Assembly (NCBI GenBank): GCA_022508535.1
Contig: JAFLUZ010000009.1
Location: 3,480-67,479 of the forward strand
Length of the DNA: 64,000 bases
Source of the DNA: Erysipelotrichales bacterium
GTDB taxonomy: Bacteria; Bacillota_I; Bacilli_A; RFN20; CAG-826
Direction of reading: 5' to 3'
Part shown: in pieces, positions 20,001 to 29,532 of the stretch
How the letters are laid out: each line of letters starts with the position of its first letter
Position numbering within the stretch: position 1 is the first letter of the stretch
Translations under genes and position numbers: made by a program
Notes under the pieces: generated by a model
The model's input: only the letters and a program-made list of their open reading frames with translations
The model's database searches: none
What the model was told of the DNA's origin: nothing

Positions 20001-20130
20001 CTAATACAATTATAGACATCAAAAAAGCTAAGCCTACTAAAAATAAAAAGTAGTAAAAAAGACTTTTTTCATTCTTCAAAAATGAAAATTTATTTTTTAT
20101 TGAGTTCCAAAAATTTTGCATGAGACTCAC
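17044..20130 (-). CDS. YfhO-family polytopic membrane protein (second, convergent paralogue)
   Basis: Motif GGDYVQQQIPFYTNGYDDWWHF and the same domain layout. Its stop is 14 bp from the stop of the first YfhO. Confidence 0.7.
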   Translation of the reverse strand: MSLMQNFWNSIKNKFSFLKNEKSLFYYFLFLVGLAFLMSIIVLVMENGTIPLGGDYVQQQIPFYTNGYDDWWHFIKTGEFPLWDSNTVLGVNNIGANSFYYFLNPFFLPILLCPRTLIPQGLALLMIVKMALAGLTFRAYIKYLGADEKTARVFAIAYAFCGWNLYYMWFNHFMEVVVMFPLVLLGIEKTIKEKRPVTLMLSLFVLGLANYFFLVVSCFAGVMYAAFRYFQTIKERNIKDNFIVIGLGVFGFAVGLMMCALILLPCLNAVQEAGRVESATYLESLKTAFTEKNLEELWKLLFDFNSTKKRYYPLATYFFPVVSDFNTLLYRNTGYDNTLSSLFIYTPLSLMVVPAVIESVRKKKISHIIAIIGMGIMLFTPFAYQLFHGFTVDYGRWQLFVVVALIAYVALSYKDLKEYPKWYFDISVLFIITCMTFTVLTALDNQYGVHDIKETLAIIIYQFIYVIVCYFIVRGTFKKPRFEQILPIMLSIEVLIVGNFTLFGQKTKYQYLAGGPDNFADEVEVVKKINNVDDTYFRVFNTTANDSTNNLGMRENYNGVGGFHSLYNSNLKDFLNWTRILYSRDTWTMGAHEKLVNLDAFLGVKYYIVKNSDFSTVIKNEVINDKSMYNVPFGFEYREDLSSSLHSVFENKNFIELGYAFDNIIPINIDSVENYIHYGSNYSYVYWQQRSRNDGASSSGYLVNDFMQVIKNEEALMSGAILYDVNEDGFSEENEYDEETLKLLKEFPINNYGKASGKLYINPQLSVTRYACPSGVGDSSDALLNTEGCTRVTGSSTPYTVNTTKYIIELADKTNFCKASDEGCFLGLKLQMNRLSYVHIYDEEGKMITFDYHQYINQDYKNLRGFYVDRPAKTIIVKPMINEGDNTNMNGFAVYEENYNSYLKRLEKIKENPLENVHMTTNKATFETNFKENKIVVTTIPYDAGWSLKMTDENGIVTEPKIFKAQGGFCAFVGKSGSNSYVMEYFTPRLKEGLMLSLMGFALFGITIGLEVFIDKKRKQKEQLIEKN

Positions 20131-20194
20131 TTCCTTGAAGTAAGTCTATTATAAACAATTTTTTTAATTTTATAAATTAAAAAACTAATATTAT

Positions 20195-20632
20195 TTAAAA
20201 ATCTTGCATATGATAGAAATTATTATCAATTTGTCCATATAAATTATTCAAATTATACATTTTTGCATATATATGCTTATACTCATTATCGCCAGCAATA
20301 TTTTTGTCATACTGCAAATTATTAAATGTTTCATAGGCTTTTCTCTCTTGATAAAAACTTCTTTTTACATAGAGATTATAAATATTTTGCATGTGCTTTC
20401 CATTCAAATTAGTGCTTTTGATAATTGATGTAAAATTTCGATATGCCTGAGACAAAAGAACTGATGCCATTTTTAAATTTTGTGTAAAATTAATGAACAT
20501 TTTCGAATTTTTATATGTTCCAATGCTTGAACAAATTTTTACATCACTAAATAATGAACGATATTGGCTGGTCAACGCTTCAAAAAGCCAAGAAGTATGT
20601 ATTATTATTTTATTTCTTTCTCCATCATTCAT
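20195..20632 (-). CDS. Hypothetical protein
   Basis: ORF with a 4-bp overlap onto the upstream lipoprotein gene. It is the last gene of the murA operon. Confidence 0.35.
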   Translation of the reverse strand: MNDGERNKIIIHTSWLFEALTSQYRSLFSDVKICSSIGTYKNSKMFINFTQNLKMASVLLSQAYRNFTSIIKSTNLNGKHMQNIYNLYVKRSFYQERKAYETFNNLQYDKNIAGDNEYKHIYAKMYNLNNLYGQIDNNFYHMQDF

Positions 20633-21294
20633 AATCGATATCCTTCTAAACTCTTAACAATATAATCATTAACATCTAATGCATCAGTTTGATATATTTC
20701 TTCATTAATTCCCACAAGTGAGATATATTTGACATTTTTTAATTCTGTCATTTCGATTAATTCGTTATTTATTTGCCTAATGACACTATTAAAAAGTATT
20801 TGTTCTGGCTTTTCAAATAAGTAATCGTTATATGCGGAAAGCAATACTATTTCTGCTTTACTATTGATATCACTTATTCCTTCTATTGTGTGATAAATGT
20901 GATATTGATAAACTTCCAATTGTTTTTCTAACAAATCATTATCATAGTCTAAAATATTTTTAGATACATCAATAGTCATAGAAGGTAAAAAATCTTGAAT
21001 TCCCACATTTATAATAAAGAGATCAGCTTTTTCTGCTACTGAAAAAAATGGATGTTGCTTTCCATCTAAATAATATGAGGCATTTGAATCTACAATTTTA
21101 AACAATTCTCCAGATTGCATTTTTGAATGGGCAAAGTATCCTACACTTTTCCTATTTAAAGAATTAGTAATCTTTAAAACCAATTCATCAGAAAAATCAC
21201 CCAAAGGAACAAAATATGTATTTTTGTCACACGAAGTTAAGTTGGTCAATAGTAAAGGTGCTAATAAAAGCAATAATCTACGTTTTGTTTTCAT
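20629..21294 (-). CDS. Lipoprotein of unknown function
   Basis: MKTKRRLLLLLAPLLLTNLTSCDKN has a signal peptide and lipobox. It lies 3 bp downstream of murA. Confidence 0.5.
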   Translation of the reverse strand: MKTKRRLLLLLAPLLLTNLTSCDKNTYFVPLGDFSDELVLKITNSLNRKSVGYFAHSKMQSGELFKIVDSNASYYLDGKQHPFFSVAEKADLFIINVGIQDFLPSMTIDVSKNILDYDNDLLEKQLEVYQYHIYHTIEGISDINSKAEIVLLSAYNDYLFEKPEQILFNSVIRQINNELIEMTELKNVKYISLVGINEEIYQTDALDVNDYIVKSLEGYRL

Positions 21295-21296
21295 AT

Positions 21297-22571
21297 TTAG
21301 TTTTCTCCAAAGTCTTCTAAACCAAGTTCAATATTGGCATGAATTTTTCTTAACTTTTTAATCATATTTTCATATCCCCTATTTATATATTCTAATCCTC
21401 TTACAACTGTCTCTCCTTTTGCCATAAGTCCTGCCAAAACCAAAGAAGCTGCACCTCTTAAATCTTTTCCACTTACTACCAAACCCTTTAATTCTTTAAC
21501 CCCATGAATAATAATATTCATATTTGTTACATTTATATTTGCTCCCATTTCGTTTAATTCTTTAATATGTGCAAATCTATTAGTGTATATGCTTTCTATA
21601 ATTACTGATGTCCCTTCATTGACTGATAAAAAAGACGTTAAAGGCTGTTGTAAATCTGTAGGAAAACCCGGATAAGGCGCAGTAAGTACTATTATGCCTT
21701 TTTTTATTGTGCTCTTTCTTACAATTAGCTCTGATTTATTTTGAATTTCATAATTAACTTCGAGTAAATCAAATAAATCTAATAAAGATTGTATATGTTC
21801 TTTTATAACATTCTTTATTGTTAATTCTTTTGCAGTGGCTGCTCCAATAAGAGCATATGTTCCTACCTCTATTCGATCTGGAATATTATAAAATTCTGTT
21901 CCATGTAAATCTTTTCCACCTCTAATAATGAGTGTTGAAGTTCCTAATCCCTCGATAGACGCTCCCATTTTAATTAGGAATTTATTTAATTCTGTAATTT
22001 CTGGCTCAATTGCGGCATTTTCAATGATAGTTTTTCCTTTAATTTGAATTGCAAGTAATACCGCATTTATAGTCGCACCAACTGAAATTTTATCAAATAC
22101 AATATGTCCCGAATGTAAATTTGAGCCATCAAAGTAATATGAATTATTTTTTATTTCAAATTTTGCTCCAAGTTGTTCAAATGCTTTTATGTGTAAATCT
22201 ATTGGCCGTTCTCCTAAACGGCACCCGCCTATACTCTTCGCCTCTAATTTTTTATACATTCCCAATAAAACAGAATAAAAGTAATACGAAGCGCGGAGTC
22301 TTTCCATCGCAGTCATATCTAAATCACGATATTTTACATTACTTGAATCAATAATAAGAGTATCCTTATGATATTGCACACATATATCCAGAGTCTCTAA
22401 AATCTCAATTAGATTATACACATCACTAATTGGCGGAATATTATGAATTACAACAACATCTCTTGCTAAAATTGAGGCTGGGATAAGTGCCACACAAAGA
22501 TTTTTGCTTCCCGATATTTGGACGGTACCATTTAATAATTTTTGTCCCTTTATTCTAATAACTTCTTCCAT
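21297..22571 (-). CDS. murA: UDP-N-acetylglucosamine 1-carboxyvinyltransferase
   Basis: MEEVIRIKGQKLLNGTVQISGSKN followed by EPT-family repeats. The start at 22571 has a GAGAGGGA RBS; the ORF track extends it to 22586. Confidence 0.85.
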   Translation of the reverse strand: MEEVIRIKGQKLLNGTVQISGSKNLCVALIPASILARDVVVIHNIPPISDVYNLIEILETLDICVQYHKDTLIIDSSNVKYRDLDMTAMERLRASYYFYSVLLGMYKKLEAKSIGGCRLGERPIDLHIKAFEQLGAKFEIKNNSYYFDGSNLHSGHIVFDKISVGATINAVLLAIQIKGKTIIENAAIEPEITELNKFLIKMGASIEGLGTSTLIIRGGKDLHGTEFYNIPDRIEVGTYALIGAATAKELTIKNVIKEHIQSLLDLFDLLEVNYEIQNKSELIVRKSTIKKGIIVLTAPYPGFPTDLQQPLTSFLSVNEGTSVIIESIYTNRFAHIKELNEMGANINVTNMNIIIHGVKELKGLVVSGKDLRGAASLVLAGLMAKGETVVRGLEYINRGYENMIKKLRKIHANIELGLEDFGEN

Positions 22572-22705
22572 TGTTGTCCCTCTCAATAAAATTTATGAGG
22601 GATACTAGGCAAAAATGATTTTTTCTATTCTACTAATGACTATCAAAAAAGTGACTTGTGTTATTGCAAGTCACTTTAAATGGTTTTAATAATGCTGAAC
22701 CTTAA

Positions 22706-23191
22706 TTATTCGCGTGGTTCATCAATAGTTGCTGTAATAGATTCTGTTGTAGTTTCTACGATAACAGGATGTTTTAAGCACATTGAAATAATGATAAGGA
22801 CCAATGGTGCAACAAATAATATTATTACAATTATACTGCTACTTAATATCATAAGAGTGCTAATTCCGAGTAAAACTGCTAAAGCAATTTGGAGTCCTAA
22901 TCTCTTTCTTACTACACCATATTTTATAGGTGATTTTGTTAATAATGCTCCAATTACAATAATTGCAATTGACAATATAATAACAAAGATAATGACTGTC
23001 TTTAATGCTTGTATAGCCATTTCTATTTCTGCTTGTGTGTAATTATATCCAGCCTCAGCAAGTGCTTCATTTAATAATTCCAAATTATTGAATACTGAAA
23101 ACATCAACAAGCATAACAAAGTCATAATAGATCCTAATACAATTGAGTATATTGCAGCTATTTTTTCTAATTTTCTTTTTGTTTGATTCAT
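22706..23191 (-). CDS. Small 4-TM membrane protein
   Basis: Hydropathy pattern. Paralogous in topology to the adjacent 23303-23740 gene. Confidence 0.45.
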   Translation of the reverse strand: MNQTKRKLEKIAAIYSIVLGSIMTLLCLLMFSVFNNLELLNEALAEAGYNYTQAEIEMAIQALKTVIIFVIILSIAIIVIGALLTKSPIKYGVVRKRLGLQIALAVLLGISTLMILSSSIIVIILFVAPLVLIIISMCLKHPVIVETTTESITATIDEPRE

Positions 23192-23302
23192 TTTTTATTC
23201 CTCCTAAATTTATTTATTAATATTATGCTAGCACTTATAATAGCAAAAAACAATAAATTCACACTAATTTAATATTAATAAAAAAATAGACCGCTGACAA
23301 TG

Positions 23303-23740
23303 TCAGCAGTCATTTTCAATCTTTGAATTATTATTCGTTTTACTTTTTAAAAGCATTGAAATAATTATAAGCACTATAGATACAAGATAAATAAGAATCC
23401 AGATAATTTGTTTTAATCTAATCCCATGATAAATCATCAAAACTATCGACAAAACTATCAAAGAAATTTGAAAAACCAAGGTATTTGTGGATTTCCAATT
23501 TTTTATTGATGCCACTAAAAGTAGAATTGCTCCAAAAACTAACGCAATTGCTAAAGAAAACAATTCAATTCCAAAACCTTTAAATAATGTCAAGATATTA
23601 AGGAGTCTTGGATCAGTTATTTGAGTTTCTTCCTCTATTGTTTTTAATATAAGCACTGAACTTACTAATGATAAATATGCTCCGGCAACTAAAGAAAAAA
23701 TAGAAGCGATTATATTTAATGTTTTTTTGATTTTTTTCAT
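23303..23740 (-). CDS. Small 4-TM membrane protein (paralogue)
   Basis: Hydropathy pattern similar to that of 22706-23191. Confidence 0.45.
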   Translation of the reverse strand: MKKIKKTLNIIASIFSLVAGAYLSLVSSVLILKTIEEETQITDPRLLNILTLFKGFGIELFSLAIALVFGAILLLVASIKNWKSTNTLVFQISLIVLSIVLMIYHGIRLKQIIWILIYLVSIVLIIISMLLKSKTNNNSKIENDC

Positions 23741-23750
23741 ATTCTTTCTC

Positions 23751-24710
23751 CTATTTTCTTTTAAGTTGTTTTTCTTTTATTCCAAACATTGAAACAAATT
23801 CTGCCGGCATTTTCGCTTCAAATTTCATCATTTTTTTGCTTATCGGGTGAATAAACTCTAAAGAATATGCATGAAGACCTAAACGATTAAGTGGATTCTT
23901 TGTTGCACCATATCTATCATCACCAATAATGTTGTGACCTAAATCTTTCATATGCACACGAATTTGATTTTTTCTTCCTGTTTCAATATTGACATCTAAA
24001 AGAGAATACTCCGAAATTTCTTTTATTACGCGATAGTTAGTAATAGATTCTTTTCCATCTCCTGGTTTTCTAGAAGAATACATCAAATTAGTTGATGCCT
24101 CTCTTAACCAAGATCTAATTCTGCCTTCTTTTTCTTTTAAACTTCCTTCAATTATTGCGTAATATCCACGATATTTTACGATATTATTCCATCTATCTTG
24201 GAGTAAATCCCTTAATTTTTCATTTTTGGCAACAATTAACACTCCAGATGTGTCTTTATCAATACGATGAACAACATATATTCTATTACGAGGATTCGTT
24301 AATCTAACATGATCCATAAGCAAGCGATACGCGGTCAATTCTTTTTCTCGATCACTTGCAATAGATAATAATCCAGATGGTTTGTTTATCGCAATTAACT
24401 CATCGTCTTCATAGATAATATCGAGCTTTTCTTTTGGGTTTGTAATTTTTCTTACAGGAGCAGGTGATACCATTACTATATCTCCTGCTGATAAAACAAA
24501 ATCATATTGTGTAACTGGTGCTCCATCAATAAGAACTTGGCGATGTGTTAAAAGCGATTTAACGTTATTACGAGATTGGCCTTTTAAAGTTATAAGTAAA
24601 AATTCTAAAAGAGTTGTGCTTTCTTTTACTTTATACTCTTTTAGTTGTGTTCTTTTATTATATGGAAGATCCTTGATACTATTTCTTTTTTTACGACTAG
24701 ATTTTACCAT
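23751..24710 (-). CDS. rluD: RluA-family 23S rRNA pseudouridine synthase (RluD-like, with an N-terminal S4 domain)
   Basis: S4-like N-terminus, catalytic region HRIDKDTSGVLIVAK and C-terminus LHAYSLEFIHP. Confidence 0.8.
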   Translation of the reverse strand: MVKSSRKKRNSIKDLPYNKRTQLKEYKVKESTTLLEFLLITLKGQSRNNVKSLLTHRQVLIDGAPVTQYDFVLSAGDIVMVSPAPVRKITNPKEKLDIIYEDDELIAINKPSGLLSIASDREKELTAYRLLMDHVRLTNPRNRIYVVHRIDKDTSGVLIVAKNEKLRDLLQDRWNNIVKYRGYYAIIEGSLKEKEGRIRSWLREASTNLMYSSRKPGDGKESITNYRVIKEISEYSLLDVNIETGRKNQIRVHMKDLGHNIIGDDRYGATKNPLNRLGLHAYSLEFIHPISKKMMKFEAKMPAEFVSMFGIKEKQLKRK

Positions 24711-24719
24711 AATTTACTT

Positions 24720-25430
24720 CTACTCCTCTTTTTGTGCTTCAATATAAGCTTTAATGCTATCGCCTAATGCCCCAATTGTTTTAAGTGGTAATAAAAATAC
24801 TTGCCTTACTTTTGATGCTTTAAGTTTATCGATAAATGACTCTTTTAATTTTTCATAATGAATAATAATTTTTGTTTCTTTTGCGTGTCTTTTGATGATT
24901 GTAGCAAGATGAAGCGAATAAGCGAAATCCACTATTATTGCCCCAATAATTATACCTACTACAAATGAGAAAGCAATATTATTAGTAAACCACGATACCC
25001 AAGATATAACAATATCGTGGATGAAAATAATATATATTGCAGCAATTGTTGCCCAAAAAAACGTAAACATTGGACAAATAATACCTTGAATATTACATTT
25101 GCGATTAGAATAATCCCAAAGTTTGATATTAAGACCTTTAATAAAAATTATTCCTGCTAAATATTCGATTAATGTCATAACAATGGTCATAATTAAAACC
25201 ATTATAATTATTTGCAACCATTCTATATTTGTAATAAAAGAAAGATTTATATTCGCTAAACCAAAAAGGCCACATAGGCCAAAGCCGTAAAGTGGAAGAT
25301 ATGGTCCAACTAAAAATCCTGGATTAATCCATCTCTTGGCTGTAAAAATTCTTCTAAAAAGAAGTTCAATTACCCAACCAATAGTTGATCCAACTATAAA
25401 CAAAAATGATATAACTAAAAAGTATTCCAT
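24720..25430 (-). CDS. Integral membrane protein
   Basis: Multiple TM helices, with a 2-bp gap to the downstream gene. Confidence 0.45.
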   Translation of the reverse strand: MEYFLVISFLFIVGSTIGWVIELLFRRIFTAKRWINPGFLVGPYLPLYGFGLCGLFGLANINLSFITNIEWLQIIIMVLIMTIVMTLIEYLAGIIFIKGLNIKLWDYSNRKCNIQGIICPMFTFFWATIAAIYIIFIHDIVISWVSWFTNNIAFSFVVGIIIGAIIVDFAYSLHLATIIKRHAKETKIIIHYEKLKESFIDKLKASKVRQVFLLPLKTIGALGDSIKAYIEAQKEE

Positions 25431-25431
25431 T

Positions 25432-26583
25432 TTAATTTCCTTCTTTTAAAATATCTTTCAGTAACTGCGGTTTAACTTCATAACTAGAATCAGGTTTAAT
25501 TGATATAATTAATCCACCACGATAATCATCCTTATACTTTATTGTTGGATAGGCACGATAATCAATTGAATGCCCATAATAAAAATCAATACCTTGATAT
25601 TTTAACGCTAAAGAATTCATGTGATCATGTCCAAAGAATATAGCTCTAGTTGATTCATAAGAAACCATTTTGTCAAACATTCCACTAGTATAATTCGGAC
25701 AAGAAATACCCTCATCATTTTGTCCAAATAAATATGTTACTTCATCACTTTCTTGCTCATATAATTCAAAAGCTTGTTTATATTCATATGGTGGGATATG
25801 AAAAAATGCCAAAGAAGAAATATCACTATAATTTTTAAATCCTTCTTGTGCCTTTAAATTATTTAATTTATGCACATACCAATATACTGTAATAGGGTTA
25901 AAATTTGAGTATCCCGATAAAAAAGATGTGTTATCCCAATATGATCCCGAGTCCATTAAAAAAATAGCATTATTAAGAGTATTGTCATGATTTCTTATTT
26001 CAAAAACTTGTGAAAGACGCCCATGCTTTAATTCAACAGCACTATCTTCTTGGGCATAGCAATATGGATTTGCTTGAAATATTTCATTAATATCTTTTTC
26101 TGTGCCAGATGCAAATACTTCTGTATCATGATTTCCAAATTCATATAAAAATGGAACTTGCATCTTTTCAAAAAACGAACTCAAAACTGTAGCTGCTTTA
26201 ATATTATCATTTGAACCAAAAAGACGCATTGGATAAACGATATCACCCGTGTAAATAATTATATCTGGTCGGACATAATTAACCATTTCATATACAGCTT
26301 TTAATGCCTTTAGATCTAGATTCTTTCCAAATTTTGCACCAACAAAATGAACATCTGATAATTGAAGTATTTTAAAATCAGTATTTTCTTCATTAAAAAC
26401 TTTAACATTCTCACCATTAACATCAAATTTTAGTTTGCGTGTAGGAATAGGCTCTATTGAATTAATATAATCTTCTTGATAATTAGTAGGGTCGTTACCA
26501 AATTGCGCAATTAAAAGTAATGGAATAAGAACTGCAATAATTCCACTCATTGATAGTAAAATAATTTTCTTTCTCTTTTTCAT
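25432..26583 (-). CDS. Calcineurin-like metallophosphoesterase with an N-terminal membrane anchor
   Basis: Motifs LSDVHF, GDIVYP, GNHD and GHDH. Confidence 0.6.
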   Translation of the reverse strand: MKKRKKIILLSMSGIIAVLIPLLLIAQFGNDPTNYQEDYINSIEPIPTRKLKFDVNGENVKVFNEENTDFKILQLSDVHFVGAKFGKNLDLKALKAVYEMVNYVRPDIIIYTGDIVYPMRLFGSNDNIKAATVLSSFFEKMQVPFLYEFGNHDTEVFASGTEKDINEIFQANPYCYAQEDSAVELKHGRLSQVFEIRNHDNTLNNAIFLMDSGSYWDNTSFLSGYSNFNPITVYWYVHKLNNLKAQEGFKNYSDISSLAFFHIPPYEYKQAFELYEQESDEVTYLFGQNDEGISCPNYTSGMFDKMVSYESTRAIFFGHDHMNSLALKYQGIDFYYGHSIDYRAYPTIKYKDDYRGGLIISIKPDSSYEVKPQLLKDILKEGN

Positions 26584-26618
26584 TACTCTTTCTCCAAAAT
26601 TTTATATTTGTTCAATAT

Positions 26619-28145
26619 TTAAATTTTATTAATTTGAACATTAATTGTTCCGTTACTTATTTCTCCTACTGTAACACGATAGCCAACTTTGTTTCCATCA
26701 TTAAATGTATTGTTTCCGTTTGCAAAATACGCCTTTGTCGCCTCAAAAGTATCTCCAGTTGTCCATAAGGTTGAATTTCCATCGATTTTAATTGAATTTC
26801 GTGAAGTACTTGTTCCAGCCGATAAAGTGTTTTTACCTCCTTTATCAATAAGATGTAAATAACGGATGTAGTTATTAGGGTTTTGTTTTTTTGTTAAATA
26901 TTGATAATCTATCGAATTAGATGCTCCTACAAAGCAATATGCATTCTCGACAAAATCATCGATATATTGTGAGTTGATAACATATCCTTGTCTATTTAAT
27001 TCAAATTGCACCAATCTTGCATCCACATGATAAATACGTAATCCTGAATAATCATACATTTTGTTTCTTGTATCATAGGCATAACGCGAATCTTGATAGT
27101 TAGCACCTTCTGGTGTATAAAATTCTATTAAGATATATTCATCAAAAACCGAACCATTCCATGTATTCTTAATTAATATAGCGTCATCATACAGTGCTGA
27201 TGATCGAAGATATAGTTCACATGAATCAGTGACAACATATGGATTAATCCATCCAAGTGCCATTTTTGAATAAATATTGTGATCACCAATATTATAAGAT
27301 TGCATATCACGATCTCCCGCACAATCCCAAGGTTGAGTAGAATCATAGCAATAATAATCATCTAAGCCTAAAAGATGTCCGGTTTCATGAATATACGTAT
27401 GAGCTTCAAGGCCAGTTGGAGCTAGAAGTGCATCATAAGTATCATTCATAAATGTATAACTTGCCCACATATAATTATTAACCTTAGGTACATTAATATT
27501 ACTTGAAGTTTCTGTATAATAACACCAAGCCCAATATGCGGTTGAACTAGCAGTTGAATATGCATTAGAATACACAAACACCGTTGCATCTAAATAACCA
27601 TCTTTGTCTTGGTCATATTCTTTTCTTTTGCTTGAAGAAACAATACTGCTTTTATCAAATAAATCAGCAATAATCTCCGATGCTCCTTCAGCATATTTAT
27701 TTAATTGTTGTACAGTATAATCATTTACTTTCAATACGTCTGTTACTTCACCAGTAATATGTAATTTTCCATAACTAGATTCCTCAAAAAAACTAGAAAC
27801 TGAGTGCCAACTAGTATCAGATGCTTCACCAAAAAAAACTTTTTCGACATTGCTAAGCATTTTGTTTGTCCATGCAGTTGCATCTTTTAATTGGACAGGA
27901 ACAACAAGTATTTTCTGTTCACCAGTAGAATTTAAAGTGTTCCACCCAAGTTGTTCATTATTATCGCGTAAAGTGTATTTCACTTGACTGCTTTTATAAT
28001 AACCCTCTCCCCAACTTGGTGCTGGATCTATAATGCTATAATCTTTACTTATACTTTGATTATGACTGATATAAAAATTATTAATTTCACATCCAGTTAG
28101 TAACATTGCAACCAAAGGGAATAATAGCAATAATTTGTTTTTCAT
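26619..28145 (-). CDS. Lipoprotein zinc metalloprotease, M6 (InhA)-like
   Basis: Signal peptide plus lipobox LLTGCE. HETGHLLGLDDYY resembles the M6 motif HEXXHXXGXXDEY. Confidence 0.5.
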   Translation of the reverse strand: MKNKLLLLFPLVAMLLTGCEINNFYISHNQSISKDYSIIDPAPSWGEGYYKSSQVKYTLRDNNEQLGWNTLNSTGEQKILVVPVQLKDATAWTNKMLSNVEKVFFGEASDTSWHSVSSFFEESSYGKLHITGEVTDVLKVNDYTVQQLNKYAEGASEIIADLFDKSSIVSSSKRKEYDQDKDGYLDATVFVYSNAYSTASSTAYWAWCYYTETSSNINVPKVNNYMWASYTFMNDTYDALLAPTGLEAHTYIHETGHLLGLDDYYCYDSTQPWDCAGDRDMQSYNIGDHNIYSKMALGWINPYVVTDSCELYLRSSALYDDAILIKNTWNGSVFDEYILIEFYTPEGANYQDSRYAYDTRNKMYDYSGLRIYHVDARLVQFELNRQGYVINSQYIDDFVENAYCFVGASNSIDYQYLTKKQNPNNYIRYLHLIDKGGKNTLSAGTSTSRNSIKIDGNSTLWTTGDTFEATKAYFANGNNTFNDGNKVGYRVTVGEISNGTINVQINKI

Positions 28146-28293
28146 TTATGGACACCTCTTAATTGTTATTATACTATAATAACAAAGTTTTTTTCATATT
28201 TGTTTTATTTTTTACTTTTGATTGTGATAAACCAATAATTTAATCACACAATTTATTAACCATTTATAAAAAAAATAGCACGAAAATGCTATT

Positions 28294-28776
28294 TTATTTG
28301 TGGTATGTTTCATTATTTAAAATTTTAAATGCTCGATAAATCTGTTCAAGAAGAATTATTCTTGTCATCTGGTGTGTAAAAGTCATTTTTGACAAAAGAA
28401 GTCTTTCATTCCCTCTTTTTCTGACATTTTCACCTAATCCTAATGACCCACCAATAACAAACGTGAGAGAACTTTTTCCATTTGTCATAAGCATATCAAG
28501 ATGTTTAGCAAAATCTAATGAATCATATTCTTTACTTTCTTTAAAATCAAGAAGAATAACATATTCATTCTCTTTTATTTTTGATAATATTTTTTCTCCT
28601 TCTTTTTCTTTAACCATTGCATCTAAGCTATCGTTTGAGTTTTTAGCAATTGTTTCATCACTTACTTCAAAAATTTCTAAACAACAATATGGTTTTAAAC
28701 GCTTAATATACTCGTTTATAGCTTCTACAAAAAAAGATTCTTTAATCTTTCCTACAGTTATTAATTTAATTTTCAT
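28294..28776 (-). CDS. rlmH: 23S rRNA (pseudouridine1915-N3)-methyltransferase
   Basis: MKIKLITVGKIKESF... is the SPOUT RlmH family. The start ATG overlaps the upstream stop (ATGA). The ORF-track start at 28824 is an artefactual upstream extension. Confidence 0.8.
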   Translation of the reverse strand: MKIKLITVGKIKESFFVEAINEYIKRLKPYCCLEIFEVSDETIAKNSNDSLDAMVKEKEGEKILSKIKENEYVILLDFKESKEYDSLDFAKHLDMLMTNGKSSLTFVIGGSLGLGENVRKRGNERLLLSKMTFTHQMTRIILLEQIYRAFKILNNETYHK

Positions 28777-29528
28777 ACAATTACTTTTCCACCAGATAAA
28801 GATTCCCTTTGATATGCCGCACAAATTTTAATACTGCTTATATTACCATATCTTGAATTTAAAATTTCTTTATATGTGTTTAACGCAACTTCATGAGTAT
28901 TTGCTTCTTCAGACAAATGCATTAATACTAATTCTTTCGTGTTTTCGCCAATAATTTCCGACATATACATGGCGGAATCTTCATTAGATAAATGACCATT
29001 ATCGCCAATAATTCTCATAATTAATTGTGCAGGTCTATTTGTTTCAAAAAGCATTTTTACATTATGATTACTTTCAATGCATACGTAATCAGGATTTTTC
29101 ATATAGCTTAAATTTCTTTCTGAAATATAACCTGTATCTGTCATATACACTAATTTTTCATTATCTGCCTCTAATATAAAACCAATTGGATTCGTTGCAT
29201 CATGCGAAGTCGCTAATACTGTTACTTTAAAACCAGCAATATCATAGGTCTCATAAATATTTAAAATATTCTCTTCTGGCACATCATATGTGCCTTTTGC
29301 ACAATAAATTAATTCACGATTAAAGAAGCATGCACCTTTAATGTGATCTGTATGTTCATGCGTGATGAGTAAAGCCTCAATATCTTCAAAACGCAAAGAA
29401 TATTTACTTAATTGTTCTTTTTCATATTTTAAAGTAACACCCATATCAATTTGAAGAAGTCTTCCATCATTAGTTTGGAAAACAGCGGAGTTTCCTTTTG
29501 ATCCACTCGCTAAAATATAGTAACGCAT
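28773..29528 (-). CDS. MBL-fold metallo-hydrolase (WalJ/YycJ-like)
   Basis: HEHTDH motif, and a conserved position between dnaB and rlmH. Confidence 0.7.
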   Translation of the reverse strand: MRYYILASGSKGNSAVFQTNDGRLLQIDMGVTLKYEKEQLSKYSLRFEDIEALLITHEHTDHIKGACFFNRELIYCAKGTYDVPEENILNIYETYDIAGFKVTVLATSHDATNPIGFILEADNEKLVYMTDTGYISERNLSYMKNPDYVCIESNHNVKMLFETNRPAQLIMRIIGDNGHLSNEDSAMYMSEIIGENTKELVLMHLSEEANTHEVALNTYKEILNSRYGNISSIKICAAYQRESLSGGKVIV

Positions 29529-29532
29529 TTAA

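Noticed and set aside
28777-28824. N-terminal extension of rlmH given by the ORF track (MCGISKGIFIWWKSNC...)
   Set aside because: It would overlap the upstream MBL-hydrolase gene by 52 bp. The internal ATG at 28776 gives the canonical MKIKLITVGK start with an ATGA stop-start overlap.
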